NCBI GenBank assembly: GCA_045862955.1
Contig: BTVI01000003.1
Coordinates: forward strand, 40,762 to 104,761
Length of the DNA: 64,000 bases
Reading direction: 5' to 3'
Source: Fimbriimonadales bacterium
GTDB taxonomy: Bacteria > Armatimonadota > Fimbriimonadia > Fimbriimonadales > JABRVX01
The notes under the pieces: model-generated
Told to the model about the DNA's origin: nothing
Database searches by the model: none
Seen by the model: the letters and a program-made list of their open reading frames with translations, nothing else
In this document: positions 5,502-16,784 of the stretch, piece after piece
How positions within the stretch are numbered: the first letter of the stretch is position 1
Layout: the number at the start of each line of letters is the position of its first letter
Translations under genes and position numbers: made by a program

Positions 5502-7703
5502 TCAGGGCGACGGTGCGGTTGCCTGCTCGGTAGAACCCGGCGACTTGTAGGAAGGCAGCGGGATGCGCCATGCGCCGCGCCCGTGCGTGGCAGCCGTCAG
5601 GTAGCCGGTGCGCCGGTTGAGCGATAGGCTCTCGACCGGAGTGTGCGGGATGCCCTTGCCGAAGCGCTTCCACTGCCCTCCCCCGGTGTTCGACACGAAC
5701 ACGCCGCAATCCAGCGCCACGTAGATGTCGTCCGGTCGGGTAGGGTCAATGGCGATGTGACGCACGGGAGCATCCGGAAGGTTGTCATCTACCGAGCGCC
5801 AGGAACCACCCGCGTTTTCCGTGAGGAACACGTGCTTGTTACCGAACCCGGCCAGCCCGACGATCACCCTACGCGGCGAGCGAGGGTCTACGGCGACCCA
5901 AGTGATCCACTGCGCGGGCAGTCCCGCCGAGATGTCGTACCACTGTTCACCCGTGTTAGGAGTGACCCACATCCGCCCCCACCGGTTGCCGCAGTAGATC
6001 ACCTCGGACTTGCCATAGGCGATACCAATCGCGGATATGGGGCCGATGTCACCGCTGATAACCTTCCACGTGTCGCCCCCATCGGTGGTGCGCGACGCGC
6101 GGAGGGCCCCCGCAACCAGGATGTCCGGGTCGTTCGGGTCCATGGCATAGGGTGCATAGAACAGCGCGCCCGTGCGGTCGATCCTATCGGCGATGGACTG
6201 CCAGCTCTCGCCCCCGTCGTCCGACTGATACATGGCAAGCCCTACGTAGGTGGAATAGGCCCGCTTGGGGTTCTTATAGTTGAAGAGACTGATGCCACCG
6301 TCTCCCTGCACCGATATCCGCCACACGGGGTTGCCGCGGTACTTGAGTGTGCCGTTATCCTGTGTGCCACCAATGGCATCGTATGGGTCCCACGGGTGCG
6401 TGTCTATGGTTTCGAATTGGATGTTGGCCAGGCCGGTGTTGATGGCACGCCAGGTGTCGCCTCGGTCATAGGTGACGAACATGCCGCCATCGGTGGCGCC
6501 ATAGAGCACCTTCGGGTCGTGTGGGTCGAAGGCGTACCCGTGCCAGTCGGGATGAACGCCCCACTGGAAGGACCGTGCTGCGTCGATCCAAGTCTCGCCG
6601 CCATCCAAGCTGCGGAAGCAGCTGGAGCCCGCCGCATACACCACCTTCGGATCGTCCGGCCCGCATGCGAGGAAGTTATCGTACCAGCTGCCGTAGTTCG
6701 GTGCGTTGGGGAGGTGCACCCACGTTCGGCCGCCATCGTCTGTTCGGTACATGACGATGCCCGCATCGGTGACATAGGAGACGTACACGGTGTTGGGCAC
6801 GTCGCGGCACTGGGCGAGTTGAGTGCGACCGAAGGTGCCTGGCGCGCGCAGTCCTCCCTCGAGCATCTCCCACGTGTTCCCCGAGTCATTCGTCTTGAAT
6901 ACACCTTCTTTGGGTGGGGTCCCACCACAGGCGTAGAAGGTATCCGGCTGCTTGGGGCTGTTGACGACGTCGCGGAAGTAGCCCTCGAGCAGTCGCGTCC
7001 AGGTGTTGCCTCCATCGAGAGAGCGAAAGAGACCGCGCGATGTGGCGGCCAGCAGCAACCCCGGGATCTTGGGGCTCGCGGTCAGCTTGGCCCAATACGC
7101 GCCCGCGAACTGCTCTTCGGCCAGCAGCTCCCATGTGCGGCCCGCATCCATTGAGCGCAAGAGCCCCGCACCGAAGTAGCTGTCTCCGGAGCCGTGCGCC
7201 TCACCAGTGCCCGCGTAGATGATGTCCGGGTTGAATGGGTCGAGAATGAGCGAGCCGAAAGAGAGAGACGCCTCGAAGTCCGAGAGCGGCTCCCAACTCG
7301 CACCCCGGTTGGTGCTCTTGAACACTCCGCCGTGCGATGCGCCGATGTAGATGCGGTTGGTGTTGCGCGGGTCCACCGCGATGCTACTGACACGCCCCGC
7401 ACACTCGTACCCGCCCCATCCATCGCGGAGTTTGCTGGGACCGATGAACTCCCACGCGGGCACGTTGCCCTTGGCATCCGTCCAGTAAGGCAACTGGAGA
7501 GCGGCCAGCCAGGCCGAACGCCGCGCCTGCCACGCGGGCGCCTGGGGCGAGACGCGGAGCTGGTCGAAGTACTCCTCACGCTGCTCGAGTAGCTTGGCAT
7601 ACTGAGAGACGAGCTGTACGGGCGGGCGGTCTTGCGCGTCCTTCGGTGGGCCTATTTGTACGAGAAAGGCGGCGAGCACGACCAGCGATGCAACGAACCC
7701 CAT
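5502..7703 (-). CDS. Secreted BNR/Asp-box repeat protein, tandem beta-propeller type (GH74 / sortilin-VPS10 / Ycf48-like)
   Basis: The 733-aa product has at least 10 S-x-D-x-G-x-(T/S)-W motifs, including SMDAGRTW, SLDGGNTW, TDDGGRTW, SDDGGESW and TTDGGDTW. It has an N-terminal hydrophobic signal. Confidence 0.8.
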   Translation of the reverse strand: MGFVASLVVLAAFLVQIGPPKDAQDRPPVQLVSQYAKLLEQREEYFDQLRVSPQAPAWQARRSAWLAALQLPYWTDAKGNVPAWEFIGPSKLRDGWGGYECAGRVSSIAVDPRNTNRIYIGASHGGVFKSTNRGASWEPLSDFEASLSFGSLILDPFNPDIIYAGTGEAHGSGDSYFGAGLLRSMDAGRTWELLAEEQFAGAYWAKLTASPKIPGLLLAATSRGLFRSLDGGNTWTRLLEGYFRDVVNSPKQPDTFYACGGTPPKEGVFKTNDSGNTWEMLEGGLRAPGTFGRTQLAQCRDVPNTVYVSYVTDAGIVMYRTDDGGRTWVHLPNAPNYGSWYDNFLACGPDDPKVVYAAGSSCFRSLDGGETWIDAARSFQWGVHPDWHGYAFDPHDPKVLYGATDGGMFVTYDRGDTWRAINTGLANIQFETIDTHPWDPYDAIGGTQDNGTLKYRGNPVWRISVQGDGGISLFNYKNPKRAYSTYVGLAMYQSDDGGESWQSIADRIDRTGALFYAPYAMDPNDPDILVAGALRASRTTDGGDTWKVISGDIGPISAIGIAYGKSEVIYCGNRWGRMWVTPNTGEQWYDISAGLPAQWITWVAVDPRSPRRVIVGLAGFGNKHVFLTENAGGSWRSVDDNLPDAPVRHIAIDPTRPDDIYVALDCGVFVSNTGGGQWKRFGKGIPHTPVESLSLNRRTGYLTAATHGRGAWRIPLPSYKSPGSTEQATAPSP

Positions 7704-8028
7704 GCACTCCCGTTACGCCATCGAAATCCTCCTTCCTGCCCCGGTGACCTCGTGGCAGTAGGGGTTACCAGTATCGCAACAGTCGGCACACTGGCTGGAC
7801 CTACGCGCTGCCCACACCTGCCCATGCGGTCTCGGGTCTGCCGGCATTCGAGAGCCATGGCGCTCACGGGCGATGCGGCCAACGGTACGGGGCAGCGAGC
7901 TGAGAGCCCGTGGGCCCCTCCGCGTATTCCGCTCTCATTCCGAGCCAGCCCGCAGTAGTGGTGGAGACATCAGCGCGCAGCAGGGCGGCAGCGATCGACG
8001 GGAGACCTGTCGCGGTAAACTGAGCCCC

Positions 8029-8769
8029 ATGCGACACAAGGACCGGACCGCCTTGGTCACCGGCGGCTGCCGGGGCATCGGATTGGCGGTCGCGCTGAGG
8101 CTGGCAGAGGAAGGCGCCGACGTCGCCATTATCTCCATCTCTCCCGAGTGCGTGGCAGCGGGCGTCGAGCGCATCCGCGCCCTCGGACGTCGTTCCGTGG
8201 GTGTCCCCGCCGACGTCTCCAAGACCGAGGAGGTGGAGCGGGCCTTCGGCCTGGTGACTCAGGAGCTCGGCGACATCCACTATTTGGTGAACAATGCCGG
8301 CGTCACCCGGGACCAGCTCCTGCTGCGGATGAAGGACGAGGACTGGGACCGCGTGATCAACGTGAACCTGAGGGGGGCCTTTCTGTGCACGCGCCAGGTT
8401 ACGCGCTCGATGATGAAGAACCGCTTTGGCCGCATCGTGAACATCAGCAGCATCGTGGGCCTCGGTGGGCAGGTGGCGCAGGCGAACTATGCGGCGAGCA
8501 AGGCCGGGCTGATCGGGCTGACCAAGAGTGTTGCGAAGGAACTCGGCTCGCGGGGTATCACATGCAACGCCGTCGCCCCGGGCTACATTCAGACCGAGAT
8601 GACCCGGGACTTGCCGGAAGAGTTTCGAAGCTGGGCTGAGGAGCACGCGCCGCTGCGGCGCCTCGGATCGGTCGAGGACGTAGCGGGCGTGGTCAGTTTT
8701 CTGCTGTCCGATGACGCTGCGTTCATCACGGGTCAGACGCTGGTGGTGGACGGCGGGCTAACTCTATAG
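8029..8769 (+). CDS. fabG: 3-oxoacyl-[ACP] reductase
   Basis: SDR motifs are present: TGGCRGIG, NNAG and YAASK. It sits directly upstream of acpP-fabF. ATG 8029 was chosen within the longer ORF 7873..8769. Confidence 0.9.
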   Translation: MRHKDRTALVTGGCRGIGLAVALRLAEEGADVAIISISPECVAAGVERIRALGRRSVGVPADVSKTEEVERAFGLVTQELGDIHYLVNNAGVTRDQLLLRMKDEDWDRVINVNLRGAFLCTRQVTRSMMKNRFGRIVNISSIVGLGGQVAQANYAASKAGLIGLTKSVAKELGSRGITCNAVAPGYIQTEMTRDLPEEFRSWAEEHAPLRRLGSVEDVAGVVSFLLSDDAAFITGQTLVVDGGLTL

Positions 8770-8817
8770 GGGACCGGGCCGCCGGGTGGTGGTCCGAAGC
8801 ACGGAAGGAGTGAACTT

Positions 8818-9057
8818 ATGGACCAGGCAATTTACGAGCGCGTCGTGAAGCACGCAGTGGAGCAGCTGCACGTGAAGCCGGAGGACCTTACGCCGACGAC
8901 GTCCTTCGAGGGCGACCTCAACGCAGACTCGCTGGACGTCGTCGAACTGGTGATGAAGCTGGAGGAGGAGTTCGGGGTCGAGATCCCGGACGTGGACGTG
9001 GACAAGATCAAGACCGTCGGCGATGCCGTGGAGTACATCTCCGGCAAGCTCGGCTGA
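8818..9057 (+). CDS. acpP: Acyl carrier protein
   Basis: The 79-aa product carries the DSLD phosphopantetheine site ([13 protein letters not shown]). A GGAAGGAG RBS precedes it. Confidence 0.95.
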   Translation: MDQAIYERVVKHAVEQLHVKPEDLTPTTSFEGDLNADSLDVVELVMKLEEEFGVEIPDVDVDKIKTVGDAVEYISGKLG

Positions 9058-9072
9058 CCGACGGCGATACTG

Positions 9073-10332
9073 ATGGCTGAACGCACGCAACCGGCCCACC
9101 GCGTCGTCGTTACCGGCATCGGCGTCGTCACACCGATTGGCCTGAACCTGCGCGAGTTCTGGGAGGGCTGCCTCGAAGGCAGGTCTGGCGCGGGCCCTAT
9201 CACGCTGATGGACGCTTCGGCGTACGACTGCCGGATTGCCGCCGAAGTGAAGGGCTTCGACCCGAGCGCGTTCATGGACCCCAAGACCGTGCGCAGGTCC
9301 GACCGCTTCACGCAGTTCGGTATCGCTGCCACAGAGATGGCGCGCCAGGATGCTGGGCTAACGATCGACGAGTCGAACGCGGAGCGCATTGGCGTGATGA
9401 TCGGCTCTGGCATCGGCGGCATCGGCAAGCTGGAGGCCGAGTACGATGTGCTGATGGAGAAGGGCCCCAGTCGGGTGAGCCCTCTTCTCGTTCCCATGAT
9501 GATCCCGGACATGGGCTCGGGCATGGTTTCCATTCAGCTCGGCGCGAAGGGGCCGAACTCGTGTGTGGTGACCGCGTGCTCGACCGGCACGAACGCCATC
9601 GGAGATGCCTACCATATCATTCGTCGGGGGGATGCCGACGCGATGTTCGCGGGTGGCACAGAGGCGCCGATTACGAAGACGGGTCTCGGCGGTTTCTGCG
9701 CCGCCAAGGCCGTAACCTTCCGGAACGACGATCCGCAGCACGCCAGCCGGCCCTTCGACAAGGAGCGGGACGGCTTCCTAATGGCCGAAGGGGCAGGCGT
9801 GCTGGTGTTGGAGCGCCTGGAGTTCGCGAAGGCTCGAGGTGCAAGGATTTATGCCGAGATCGTAGGATACGGCATGACGGGGGACGCCTTTCACATCACG
9901 CAGCCCGATCCAGAGGGTGACGGGGCTTACCGAGCGATGCGCATGGCGCTCGACACAGCGGGGCTGCCGCCCGAGTCGGTGGACTACATCAATGCCCACG
10001 GGACATCCACCCCTCTGAACGACAAGTTGGAGACATTGGCCATCAAGCGAGCGTTCGGCGATCATGCCAGGAAACTCGCCATTAGTTCCACCAAGTCCAT
10101 GGTGGGCCACCTCTTGGGGGCTGCGGGGGCGGTGGAGGCCGCCGCCTGCCTGATGGCTATCCAGACCAACACGCTGCCGCCGACCATTAACTACGAGGTA
10201 CCCGACCCCGAGTGCGACTTGGACTACGTGCCCAACACGGCTCGGGACGCCAGGGTGAACGTCGTGCTGTCCAACTCGTTCGGGTTCGGGGGGCACAACG
10301 CCACCATCCTGTTCAAGAGGTTCACCGACTAG
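9073..10332 (+). CDS. fabF: 3-oxoacyl-[ACP] synthase II
   Basis: KAS II motifs are present: VVTACSTG (active-site Cys), [16 protein letters not shown] and a C-terminal FGFGGHNA. Confidence 0.95.
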   Translation: MAERTQPAHRVVVTGIGVVTPIGLNLREFWEGCLEGRSGAGPITLMDASAYDCRIAAEVKGFDPSAFMDPKTVRRSDRFTQFGIAATEMARQDAGLTIDESNAERIGVMIGSGIGGIGKLEAEYDVLMEKGPSRVSPLLVPMMIPDMGSGMVSIQLGAKGPNSCVVTACSTGTNAIGDAYHIIRRGDADAMFAGGTEAPITKTGLGGFCAAKAVTFRNDDPQHASRPFDKERDGFLMAEGAGVLVLERLEFAKARGARIYAEIVGYGMTGDAFHITQPDPEGDGAYRAMRMALDTAGLPPESVDYINAHGTSTPLNDKLETLAIKRAFGDHARKLAISSTKSMVGHLLGAAGAVEAAACLMAIQTNTLPPTINYEVPDPECDLDYVPNTARDARVNVVLSNSFGFGGHNATILFKRFTD

Positions 10333-10335
10333 GTA

Positions 10336-10746
10336 TTGGTATCCGAGGCTGCAGAGCTGATGCGAGCGGAGGATGTGCCTCCGGGCCACAACGAGCCGTC
10401 CCTCGCCGACCGGCGAGCGCTGGCAGGGCTCGTGATGTCTTACGTCGCTCTTAGTCTGTCCGCGCTGGCGTGGGCTACTGCGCTGGTGTTCCTCGCCGCT
10501 TTCCGCAAGGACCTCGATGTGGGCCCATGGCTGGTGCTGGGTGCCGGGATTGCGTCGCTCGCCGGGTGCGTGCTTTCGTGGATGGCTCGGCGCCGCGTGC
10601 GCGATGCCTCGCATCTGCACGCCGCGCTCGACTTCGTGTCCACGTTCGCTTGGCACGTGTCGTGGACGAGCCTCGTGGTCGTGATGTTCTGCGCATCCCA
10701 GGTCTACTCGGCCTGGCAGGCAGCGCAGGAAGAGGTGGTGCTGTAG
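10336..10746 (+). CDS. Hypothetical membrane protein
   Basis: The 136-aa ORF starts 4 nt after fabF and has 3-4 hydrophobic helices. I recognise no family. Confidence 0.5.
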   Translation: MVSEAAELMRAEDVPPGHNEPSLADRRALAGLVMSYVALSLSALAWATALVFLAAFRKDLDVGPWLVLGAGIASLAGCVLSWMARRRVRDASHLHAALDFVSTFAWHVSWTSLVVVMFCASQVYSAWQAAQEEVVL

Positions 10747-10883
10747 CCTTCCTGATTGCTCGGACCGCCTGCATAGCCGCCGCCACGCCAAGTCCTGGCA
10801 GGAGTCTCTTGGTCCCATAGGCAGGCATACACGAATGTCTACATGTCGTGTACAATGGTCGTTTGCCGAAAAGGGGAGGCCAG

Positions 10884-13793
10884 ATGCCGCAGGACAAGAT
10901 CGTCGTCGTTGGAGCACGCCAACACAACCTGAAGAACATCACCGTAGAGATCCCGCGTGACAAGCTGGTGGTGATCACCGGCCTCTCGGGTTCGGGCAAG
11001 TCCAGCCTCGCCTTCGACACCATCTATGCGGAGGGGCAGCGCCGGTACGTCGAGAGCCTCTCCGTCTACGCTCGGCAGTTCTTGGGGCAGATGGACAAGC
11101 CGGACGTGGACCACATAGACGGCCTCTCCCCCGCTGTCTCGATTGATCAGAAGGGCGCCAGCAAGAACCCCCGCTCTACGGTGGGCACGGTGACAGAGAT
11201 CTACGACTACCTTCGCGTGCTGTTCGCACGGGTCGGCATTCCCCACTGCCCTCAGTGCGGCGAGCCCATCACTCGGCAGTCGGTGGAGCAGATCACGGAC
11301 GCGGTGCTCGGGCTCCCCACGGGCAGCAAGATCCAGGTGCTGGCCCCGTTGGTTCGGGGACGAAAGGGGGAGTACAGGCAGGTGCTCCAAGACGTGCACC
11401 GGCAGGGTTTCGTGCGCGTGCGAGTGGATGGCCTAATCTACGAGGTGACCGACGACATCCCGATGGACCGGTACAAACAGCACACGATCGAAGCGGTGGT
11501 GGACCGCCTCGTGGTGAAGGAGGGTATCGAGCAACGGCTAGCCGACTCCATCGAGACCGGACTGCGGCTGGGCAAGGGGCACCTGGTGATCCTGGGCCCG
11601 AACGGCGACGAGCGCATGTTCTCGGAGCAGTTTGCGTGCCCACGCTGCGACATCAGCGTCGGCGAGATCGAGCCCCGGACCTTCTCCTTCAACAGCCCGT
11701 ACGGAGCGTGCTCCGAGTGCACAGGCTTGGGTTTTCGGCGCGAGTTCGATATCCAGCTGATGGTGCCGGACTCGACCAAATCGGTCCGCGAAGGCGCGCT
11801 GGCCCCATTCATGCACAAGAGCGGTGATCCGAAGTCCTGGTACCCGGAGCTGTTCGAAGCGGTGGCGGAGCGTGTCGGCTTCGACATAGACACTCCCTGG
11901 CAAGACCTCGCTCCCAAACACGTTGCGGCGCTGATGGACGGAGTGGAAGGCAAGGTTTCCGTCCGCCTGGGCAGCCGCTTCGGACGCGCCCGCTACTTCG
12001 AGACGGATTTCCCCGGCGTAAAGGCCATCCTTCGCAAGAAGTATGAGCAGACCGAGTCCGATTGGGTGAAGCAGGACCTCGAGCAGTACATGGCGGAGCG
12101 CCCCTGCCCTGCTTGCGGCGGCAAGCGGCTGAAACCCGAAGCCCTCTCGGTGACCTTGGCCGGGAAGGCCATCTCAGACGTCACCTCGATGTCCGTGAGC
12201 CAGGCCGCCGAGTTCTTCGCTCGTCTGCCGAAGGAGTTGCGTGAGCGCGAACGCTTCATCGCCAGCCGCCTCATCAAGGAGATCCGGGAGCGGCTAGACT
12301 TTCTTAGCGGCGTGGGCGTGGGCTATCTGACGCTGGACCGGACGGCGCGGACGCTTGCGGGCGGCGAGGCCCAGCGTATCCGACTGGCGACGCAGATAGG
12401 CAGCGGGCTAATGGGCGTGTTGTACATCCTAGACGAGCCTTCAATCGGCTTGCACCAACGGGACAACCGCAAACTGATTGGGACGCTGGAGCGGCTGCGC
12501 GACCTGGGCAACACCGTGATCGTAGTGGAGCATGACGAGGAGACCATGCTGGCCGCCGACCACATCATCGACCTCGGCCCCGGGGCAGGCGAGCACGGCG
12601 GACATGTGGTCGCGGAGGGCACCGTGGAGCAGATTCGGCGCACTCCGGGGAGTATCACGGGGGCTTACCTGCGCGGCGAGCGGGCGATCCCAGTACCGGT
12701 GCGACGACGCCCGGTGAACGACAAGTGGATCGTGATCCGAGGCGCTCGCGCGCACAACCTGAAGAACGTGGAGGCGAGGATCCCGCTCGGCGTGTTCGTG
12801 TGTGTGACGGGCGTGTCGGGCAGCGGCAAGTCCACGCTGATCCAGGAGACGCTGTTTCCGCGCCTCATGTACCACGTCTACGGCACTCGAACCGTGTGGG
12901 GCCCGCACGACGACATAACCGGCATGGAGCACGTGGACAAGGTGGTGGACATCGATCAGTCTCCAATCGGCCGCACACCGCGCAGCAATCCGGCTACCTA
13001 TACCGGTGCGTTCAATATGATCCGTGATCTGTTCGCGCGCACGACGGACGCTCGGGTGCGCGGATACAAACCCGGGCGGTTCAGCTTCAACGTGAAGGGC
13101 GGTCGCTGTGAGGCGTGCCAAGGCGACGGCATCATCAAGATAGAGATGCACTTCCTACCCGACGTGTACGTGCCGTGCGAGGTGTGCAAAGGCAAGCGCT
13201 ACAACCGGGAGACGCTGGAGGTGAAGTACAAGGGTAAGTCCATCGCAGACGTGCTCGAGATGACTGTCGAGGAGGCCTTAGAGTTCTTCGGCCCAGTGCC
13301 GCCGCTCAAGCGCAAGATCGGCACGCTGATGGACGTTGGCCTAGGCTACATCAGACTGGGACAGCCTGCCACCACGCTTTCGGGAGGCGAGGCACAGCGC
13401 ATCAAGTTGGCCGACCACCTATCGAAGCGAAGCACCGGCCGAACCGTGTACATTCTGGACGAGCCGACCACCGGTCTGCACTTCGAGGACGTGAACAAGT
13501 TGCTGGGGGTGCTGCATCGCCTGGTAGATCAGGGCAACTCCGTCATCGTGATCGAGCACAACCTGGACGTCATCAAGACAGCCGATTGGGTATTGGACAT
13601 GGGACCCGAGGGCGGCGATGAGGGAGGCCAGGTGATCGCCGAGGGGACGCCAGAGCAGGTCGCGGCCACGAAGGGGACCCATACCGGGCGCTACCTGAAG
13701 GCGATGCTCAAGGGTGCGCCACGGGGCGAACTCGGTGCCAGGGACGGCCGTCCCGTGGGTGAGGCCGAACCCGCTCTCGTGGGCGAGGGCTAA
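10884..13793 (+). CDS. uvrA: Excinuclease ABC subunit A
   Basis: Two ABC modules are present (GLSGSGKSS and GVSGSGKST, each with an LSGGEAQR signature) plus CxxC zinc-finger pairs. ATG 10884 follows AGGGGAGG. Confidence 0.95.
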   Translation: MPQDKIVVVGARQHNLKNITVEIPRDKLVVITGLSGSGKSSLAFDTIYAEGQRRYVESLSVYARQFLGQMDKPDVDHIDGLSPAVSIDQKGASKNPRSTVGTVTEIYDYLRVLFARVGIPHCPQCGEPITRQSVEQITDAVLGLPTGSKIQVLAPLVRGRKGEYRQVLQDVHRQGFVRVRVDGLIYEVTDDIPMDRYKQHTIEAVVDRLVVKEGIEQRLADSIETGLRLGKGHLVILGPNGDERMFSEQFACPRCDISVGEIEPRTFSFNSPYGACSECTGLGFRREFDIQLMVPDSTKSVREGALAPFMHKSGDPKSWYPELFEAVAERVGFDIDTPWQDLAPKHVAALMDGVEGKVSVRLGSRFGRARYFETDFPGVKAILRKKYEQTESDWVKQDLEQYMAERPCPACGGKRLKPEALSVTLAGKAISDVTSMSVSQAAEFFARLPKELRERERFIASRLIKEIRERLDFLSGVGVGYLTLDRTARTLAGGEAQRIRLATQIGSGLMGVLYILDEPSIGLHQRDNRKLIGTLERLRDLGNTVIVVEHDEETMLAADHIIDLGPGAGEHGGHVVAEGTVEQIRRTPGSITGAYLRGERAIPVPVRRRPVNDKWIVIRGARAHNLKNVEARIPLGVFVCVTGVSGSGKSTLIQETLFPRLMYHVYGTRTVWGPHDDITGMEHVDKVVDIDQSPIGRTPRSNPATYTGAFNMIRDLFARTTDARVRGYKPGRFSFNVKGGRCEACQGDGIIKIEMHFLPDVYVPCEVCKGKRYNRETLEVKYKGKSIADVLEMTVEEALEFFGPVPPLKRKIGTLMDVGLGYIRLGQPATTLSGGEAQRIKLADHLSKRSTGRTVYILDEPTTGLHFEDVNKLLGVLHRLVDQGNSVIVIEHNLDVIKTADWVLDMGPEGGDEGGQVIAEGTPEQVAATKGTHTGRYLKAMLKGAPRGELGARDGRPVGEAEPALVGEG

Positions 13794-13865
13794 CCGGGAC
13801 GTTGCACTTGTCGGCGCCTGTGCGGGCATAATTGCTTCGGGATGCCACTTCAAGGAGGAATCATC

Positions 13866-15125
13866 ATGAGCAGGATCGGCATTCGCCTCGGACTAGCCGT
13901 AGCAGCCCTCCTCGTCTCTGTCTGCGCACTCGCACAAGACGGCTGGGACTACGAGGTGTCCATCGAGGCGCGCGTGCGCGGTGAGGCTCGCGACAACCGC
14001 GACTTCTTCGACGCCTCGAACGACCGTAGGGACGACATCTTCGGCCGATTGCGTGTCGGCTTTCGAATGTTCAACGAGGAGCAGGGGGTCTCTCTCTTCT
14101 TGCAGCCGCAGGAGTCGTACGACCAGTACTACACGCCTGCGCGCAACGATAACGACCACTACTTCGACATCTATCAGGCCTATGCGGAGTTTCAGGACAA
14201 CACCAAGGCATGGAAAGTGCGTGGCGGCAGACAGGATGTGACGATGGGGCGCAAGCGCCTCTTCGGAGCCGGCTATTGGGGCAACTTCGGACGGTCCTAT
14301 GACGGCTTGCGCATAGACTATGCTGTCACTAGCCAGGTTAACATCACCGCCTTCGGTGGCACCATTGGCTCGTCGGGCAGGCGGCCGCGGCATCCCGACA
14401 TCGGCTTAGTCTTCGGTGAGTGGAAGTCGAAGGAAGGACCCGCCGAGGTGTACTACATCTACAAGCATGACAATCTCGCGGGGATCTCCAACACCGTGCA
14501 TACGTTCGGGGCTCGGGCTGAGCGCAAACTGAAGAACGGCATAGACTTCATCGCCGAAGCTGCATTCCAGAGTGGCGACTATGGCGACAAGAGTATCGAA
14601 GCGATGGGAGCATACTTGACAGGCGGATACACGTTCCAGGCTCCCTGGAAGCCGCGGCTCGGGTTCGAGGTCACCTATGCGTCGGGCGGCGACCCCGCGG
14701 ATGACAAGTACAAGACCTTCGACCAGCTCTTCGCAATCGTCCATCCGGAGTATGGGATTGCCGACTATCAGGGCTGGCGGAACATGCGTGCGCTCATGAT
14801 TGACGTGACGGCGGTTCCCGCCAAGAACTGGCAGTTCCGTGCCGCTCATCACTGGTTCCGATTGGACAACGCGAAGGATGCCTGGTACGGCTCGACCGGC
14901 GGGAAGAACTCGGGGGCTGGAGGCACCTATCAGGACCCGACGGGAGCCGCAGGCAAAGACGTTGGTCACGAACTAGACTTGATTCTCACCTATAAGCCGA
15001 ACAAGGCTTGGGCCGCGGAGATTGGCGTCGCGCGCTTCTTCCCCGGTAGTTTCATCAAGACCATCAATGGTGGTAGTGCACAGAACTCGGACTGGGGGTA
15101 TCTGTCGGTCACCTGGTGGTACTGA
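13866..15125 (+). CDS. Outer-membrane beta-barrel porin, alginate-export (AlgE-like) family
   Basis: ATG 13866 follows AAGGAGGA. The signal peptide ends ALAQ. The product has an alternating beta-strand pattern, an N-terminal R/E-rich segment typical of the family, and a C-terminal aromatic ...VTWWY. Confidence 0.65.
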   Translation: MSRIGIRLGLAVAALLVSVCALAQDGWDYEVSIEARVRGEARDNRDFFDASNDRRDDIFGRLRVGFRMFNEEQGVSLFLQPQESYDQYYTPARNDNDHYFDIYQAYAEFQDNTKAWKVRGGRQDVTMGRKRLFGAGYWGNFGRSYDGLRIDYAVTSQVNITAFGGTIGSSGRRPRHPDIGLVFGEWKSKEGPAEVYYIYKHDNLAGISNTVHTFGARAERKLKNGIDFIAEAAFQSGDYGDKSIEAMGAYLTGGYTFQAPWKPRLGFEVTYASGGDPADDKYKTFDQLFAIVHPEYGIADYQGWRNMRALMIDVTAVPAKNWQFRAAHHWFRLDNAKDAWYGSTGGKNSGAGGTYQDPTGAAGKDVGHELDLILTYKPNKAWAAEIGVARFFPGSFIKTINGGSAQNSDWGYLSVTWWY

Positions 15126-15175
15126 CAGCTAGCTTCCGCTACATGCCGTATCCCTCGCCACTGGGAGAGGTGGGT

Positions 15176-15386
15176 CTGTGCGAGGGTGCAGCCGTGCGGG
15201 GCCGTCATGCTGAGCCTGTCGAAGCATGCCCTCGCCATCCGCATGGTAGTGCCCGTCATGCTGAGCCTGTCGAAGCATGCTGCCTCCAGACGCGCAGGTA
15301 GTAGCAGTAGAAGATCACGGGCGGCAATCGCCGTCATGCTTCGACAGGCTCAGCATGACGGCCCCGCACGGCTGCACCCTCGCACT
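15176..15386. repeat. Composite REP/MITE-like element: ~51-nt inverted arms (15176-15229 and 15333-15386) enclosing a third core copy
   Basis: Core GTCATGCTGAGCCTGTCGAAGCATG occurs at 15204(+), 15255(+) and 15333(-). The flanking gtgcgagggtgcagccgtgcggggc is matched by its exact reverse complement at 15361-15385. Confidence 0.85.
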
Positions 15387-15649
15387 GTCCCATCCTCTGC
15401 GGGTGTTGAGGGAAGCTCCTTTGGATAAGGGCGACCCGGAACCGACCACCGGTCGGGGACGAGGGCGGCTCAACCACGCTGTCCACGACTCTCGTCCCGA
15501 CGACTCCGCATCCGTCCGCCAGAACTGGGATGCCGACCCTTCCGAGGCCGCTTCGCTTCGGGGGAAGGGGGGGCCGCGCGATTCCGCCTCGACGGCACGT
15601 GGGGTGATACGTTGGCGCCTGCCACTTACTCCCACCCCACCGACCCCTT

Positions 15650-15818
15650 ATACCGTCATGCTGAGCCTGTCGAAGCATGCCCTCGCTATCCGCATGGTAG
15701 TATCCGGAGCCCGTCATGCTGAGCCTGTCGAAGCATGCTGCCTCCAGACGCGCAGGTAGTAGCAGTAGAAGATCACGTGCGGCTATCGCCGTCATGCTTC
15801 GACAGGCTCAGCATGACG
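15650..15818. repeat. Second copy of the ~160-bp composite REP unit (matches 15204-15361)
   Basis: Cores occur at 15655(+), 15713(+) and 15791(-). The sequence is near-identical to 15204-15361. Confidence 0.85.
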
Positions 15819-15977
15819 GCGTGGGACGCTGCTGCTCACGCGTGGGATGCTGCTGCTCGCTAGGCGTGGGACGCCGCTGCTCACGCGTGGGATGCTGCTG
15901 CTCGCTAGGCGTGGGACGCTGCTGCTCACGCGTGGGATGCTGCTGCTCGCTAGGAGTGGGATGCTGCTGCTCACTAG
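15819..15977. repeat. Tandem repeat, 45-nt unit x 3.5 (each unit is two ~21-24-nt half repeats, gcgtggga[c/t]gctgctgctc..)
   Basis: Units lie at 15819-15863, 15864-15908 and 15909-15953, with a partial unit at 15954-15977. The array starts immediately after the REP terminus ...GCTCAGCATGACG. Confidence 0.9.
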
Positions 15978-16064
15978 GAGCCTATTCAGGGCTGCTCAGT
16001 CTCTGACTGCGCTTGGTACACGCGATGCGAGCACGTTCGGGATGCCGCGAGGCAGAGCGCAGCG

Positions 16065-16784
16065 CTATCGCTTCTTCCGCCACCAGACGTAGCAGTTGTC
16101 GGCGTGGAGTTGATCGCGCGTCATCACCTTCGCATGGCCGTCCACGAAGGCTACCATTGCGGACTTCTTGCCGCCGTGTCGGTACTTCACAATGCCGTAG
16201 TCGGCCGTGAAGATGCGGGTGCCGAGCGTCGTGTCCATGCACTTGTATGCTTCCGGCTCTGCGATCCAGTCACCGTCTCCGTTCTCCGTCACTATGATCG
16301 TCTCGCTCGGCACTTCCACACCGTTCACACGGGCGGTCTTGTGATCCTGGTAGTCGGCGACGTTGGGGTTGACGTTGGTGAACACATCTATGTACGCCCA
16401 GTTGTTGATGCCGTACTGCCCCAGAAACTTCACCTGCGGATTGGCGTAGTAGTCGCGGCAATCCCACCCTTTGCCCTCGAAGCTAGGACAGCTGTAGAGC
16501 TCGTCCGCCTTCTGATACGGCTTGGTGATCTGCTTCCACGAGGCGTTGTCGGCGCACCAAGGTCGGTCCCACAGCCAGGTGATAGGCAGCACGTCGTCGT
16601 GGTCGCCGTAGTACATTGCGATGGCCATGCCCACCTGGCGCATCTGCTGTCCGCACACGACTTGCTTACCGTGCTCGCGAGCCCGCGAGAATACGGGCAA
16701 AAGGATGGCGGCGAGCACCGCGATGATAGCGATGACCACCAGAAGCTCGATCAGCGTGAAGGCGCTGAGCCTCGATCGATTCAT
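16065..16784 (-). CDS. Prepilin-type N-terminal cleavage/methylation domain protein (H-X9-DG-like family)
   Basis: The N-terminus is [24 protein letters not shown]. The C-terminus is ...RHGGKKSAMVAFVDGHAKVM. Confidence 0.85.
   Translation of the reverse strand: MNRSRLSAFTLIELLVVIAIIAVLAAILLPVFSRAREHGKQVVCGQQMRQVGMAIAMYYGDHDDVLPITWLWDRPWCADNASWKQITKPYQKADELYSCPSFEGKGWDCRDYYANPQVKFLGQYGINNWAYIDVFTNVNPNVADYQDHKTARVNGVEVPSETIIVTENGDGDWIAEPEAYKCMDTTLGTRIFTADYGIVKYRHGGKKSAMVAFVDGHAKVMTRDQLHADNCYVWWRKKR

Noticed and set aside
15716-16006. 96-aa ORF with repeated GVGRCCSRVGCCCSL, which could look like another Cys-rich peptide
   Set aside because: It is simply the translation of the 45-nt tandem repeat and REP cores. 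It has no RBS or start context, and the opposite strand gives an equally long ORF (15792-15974).
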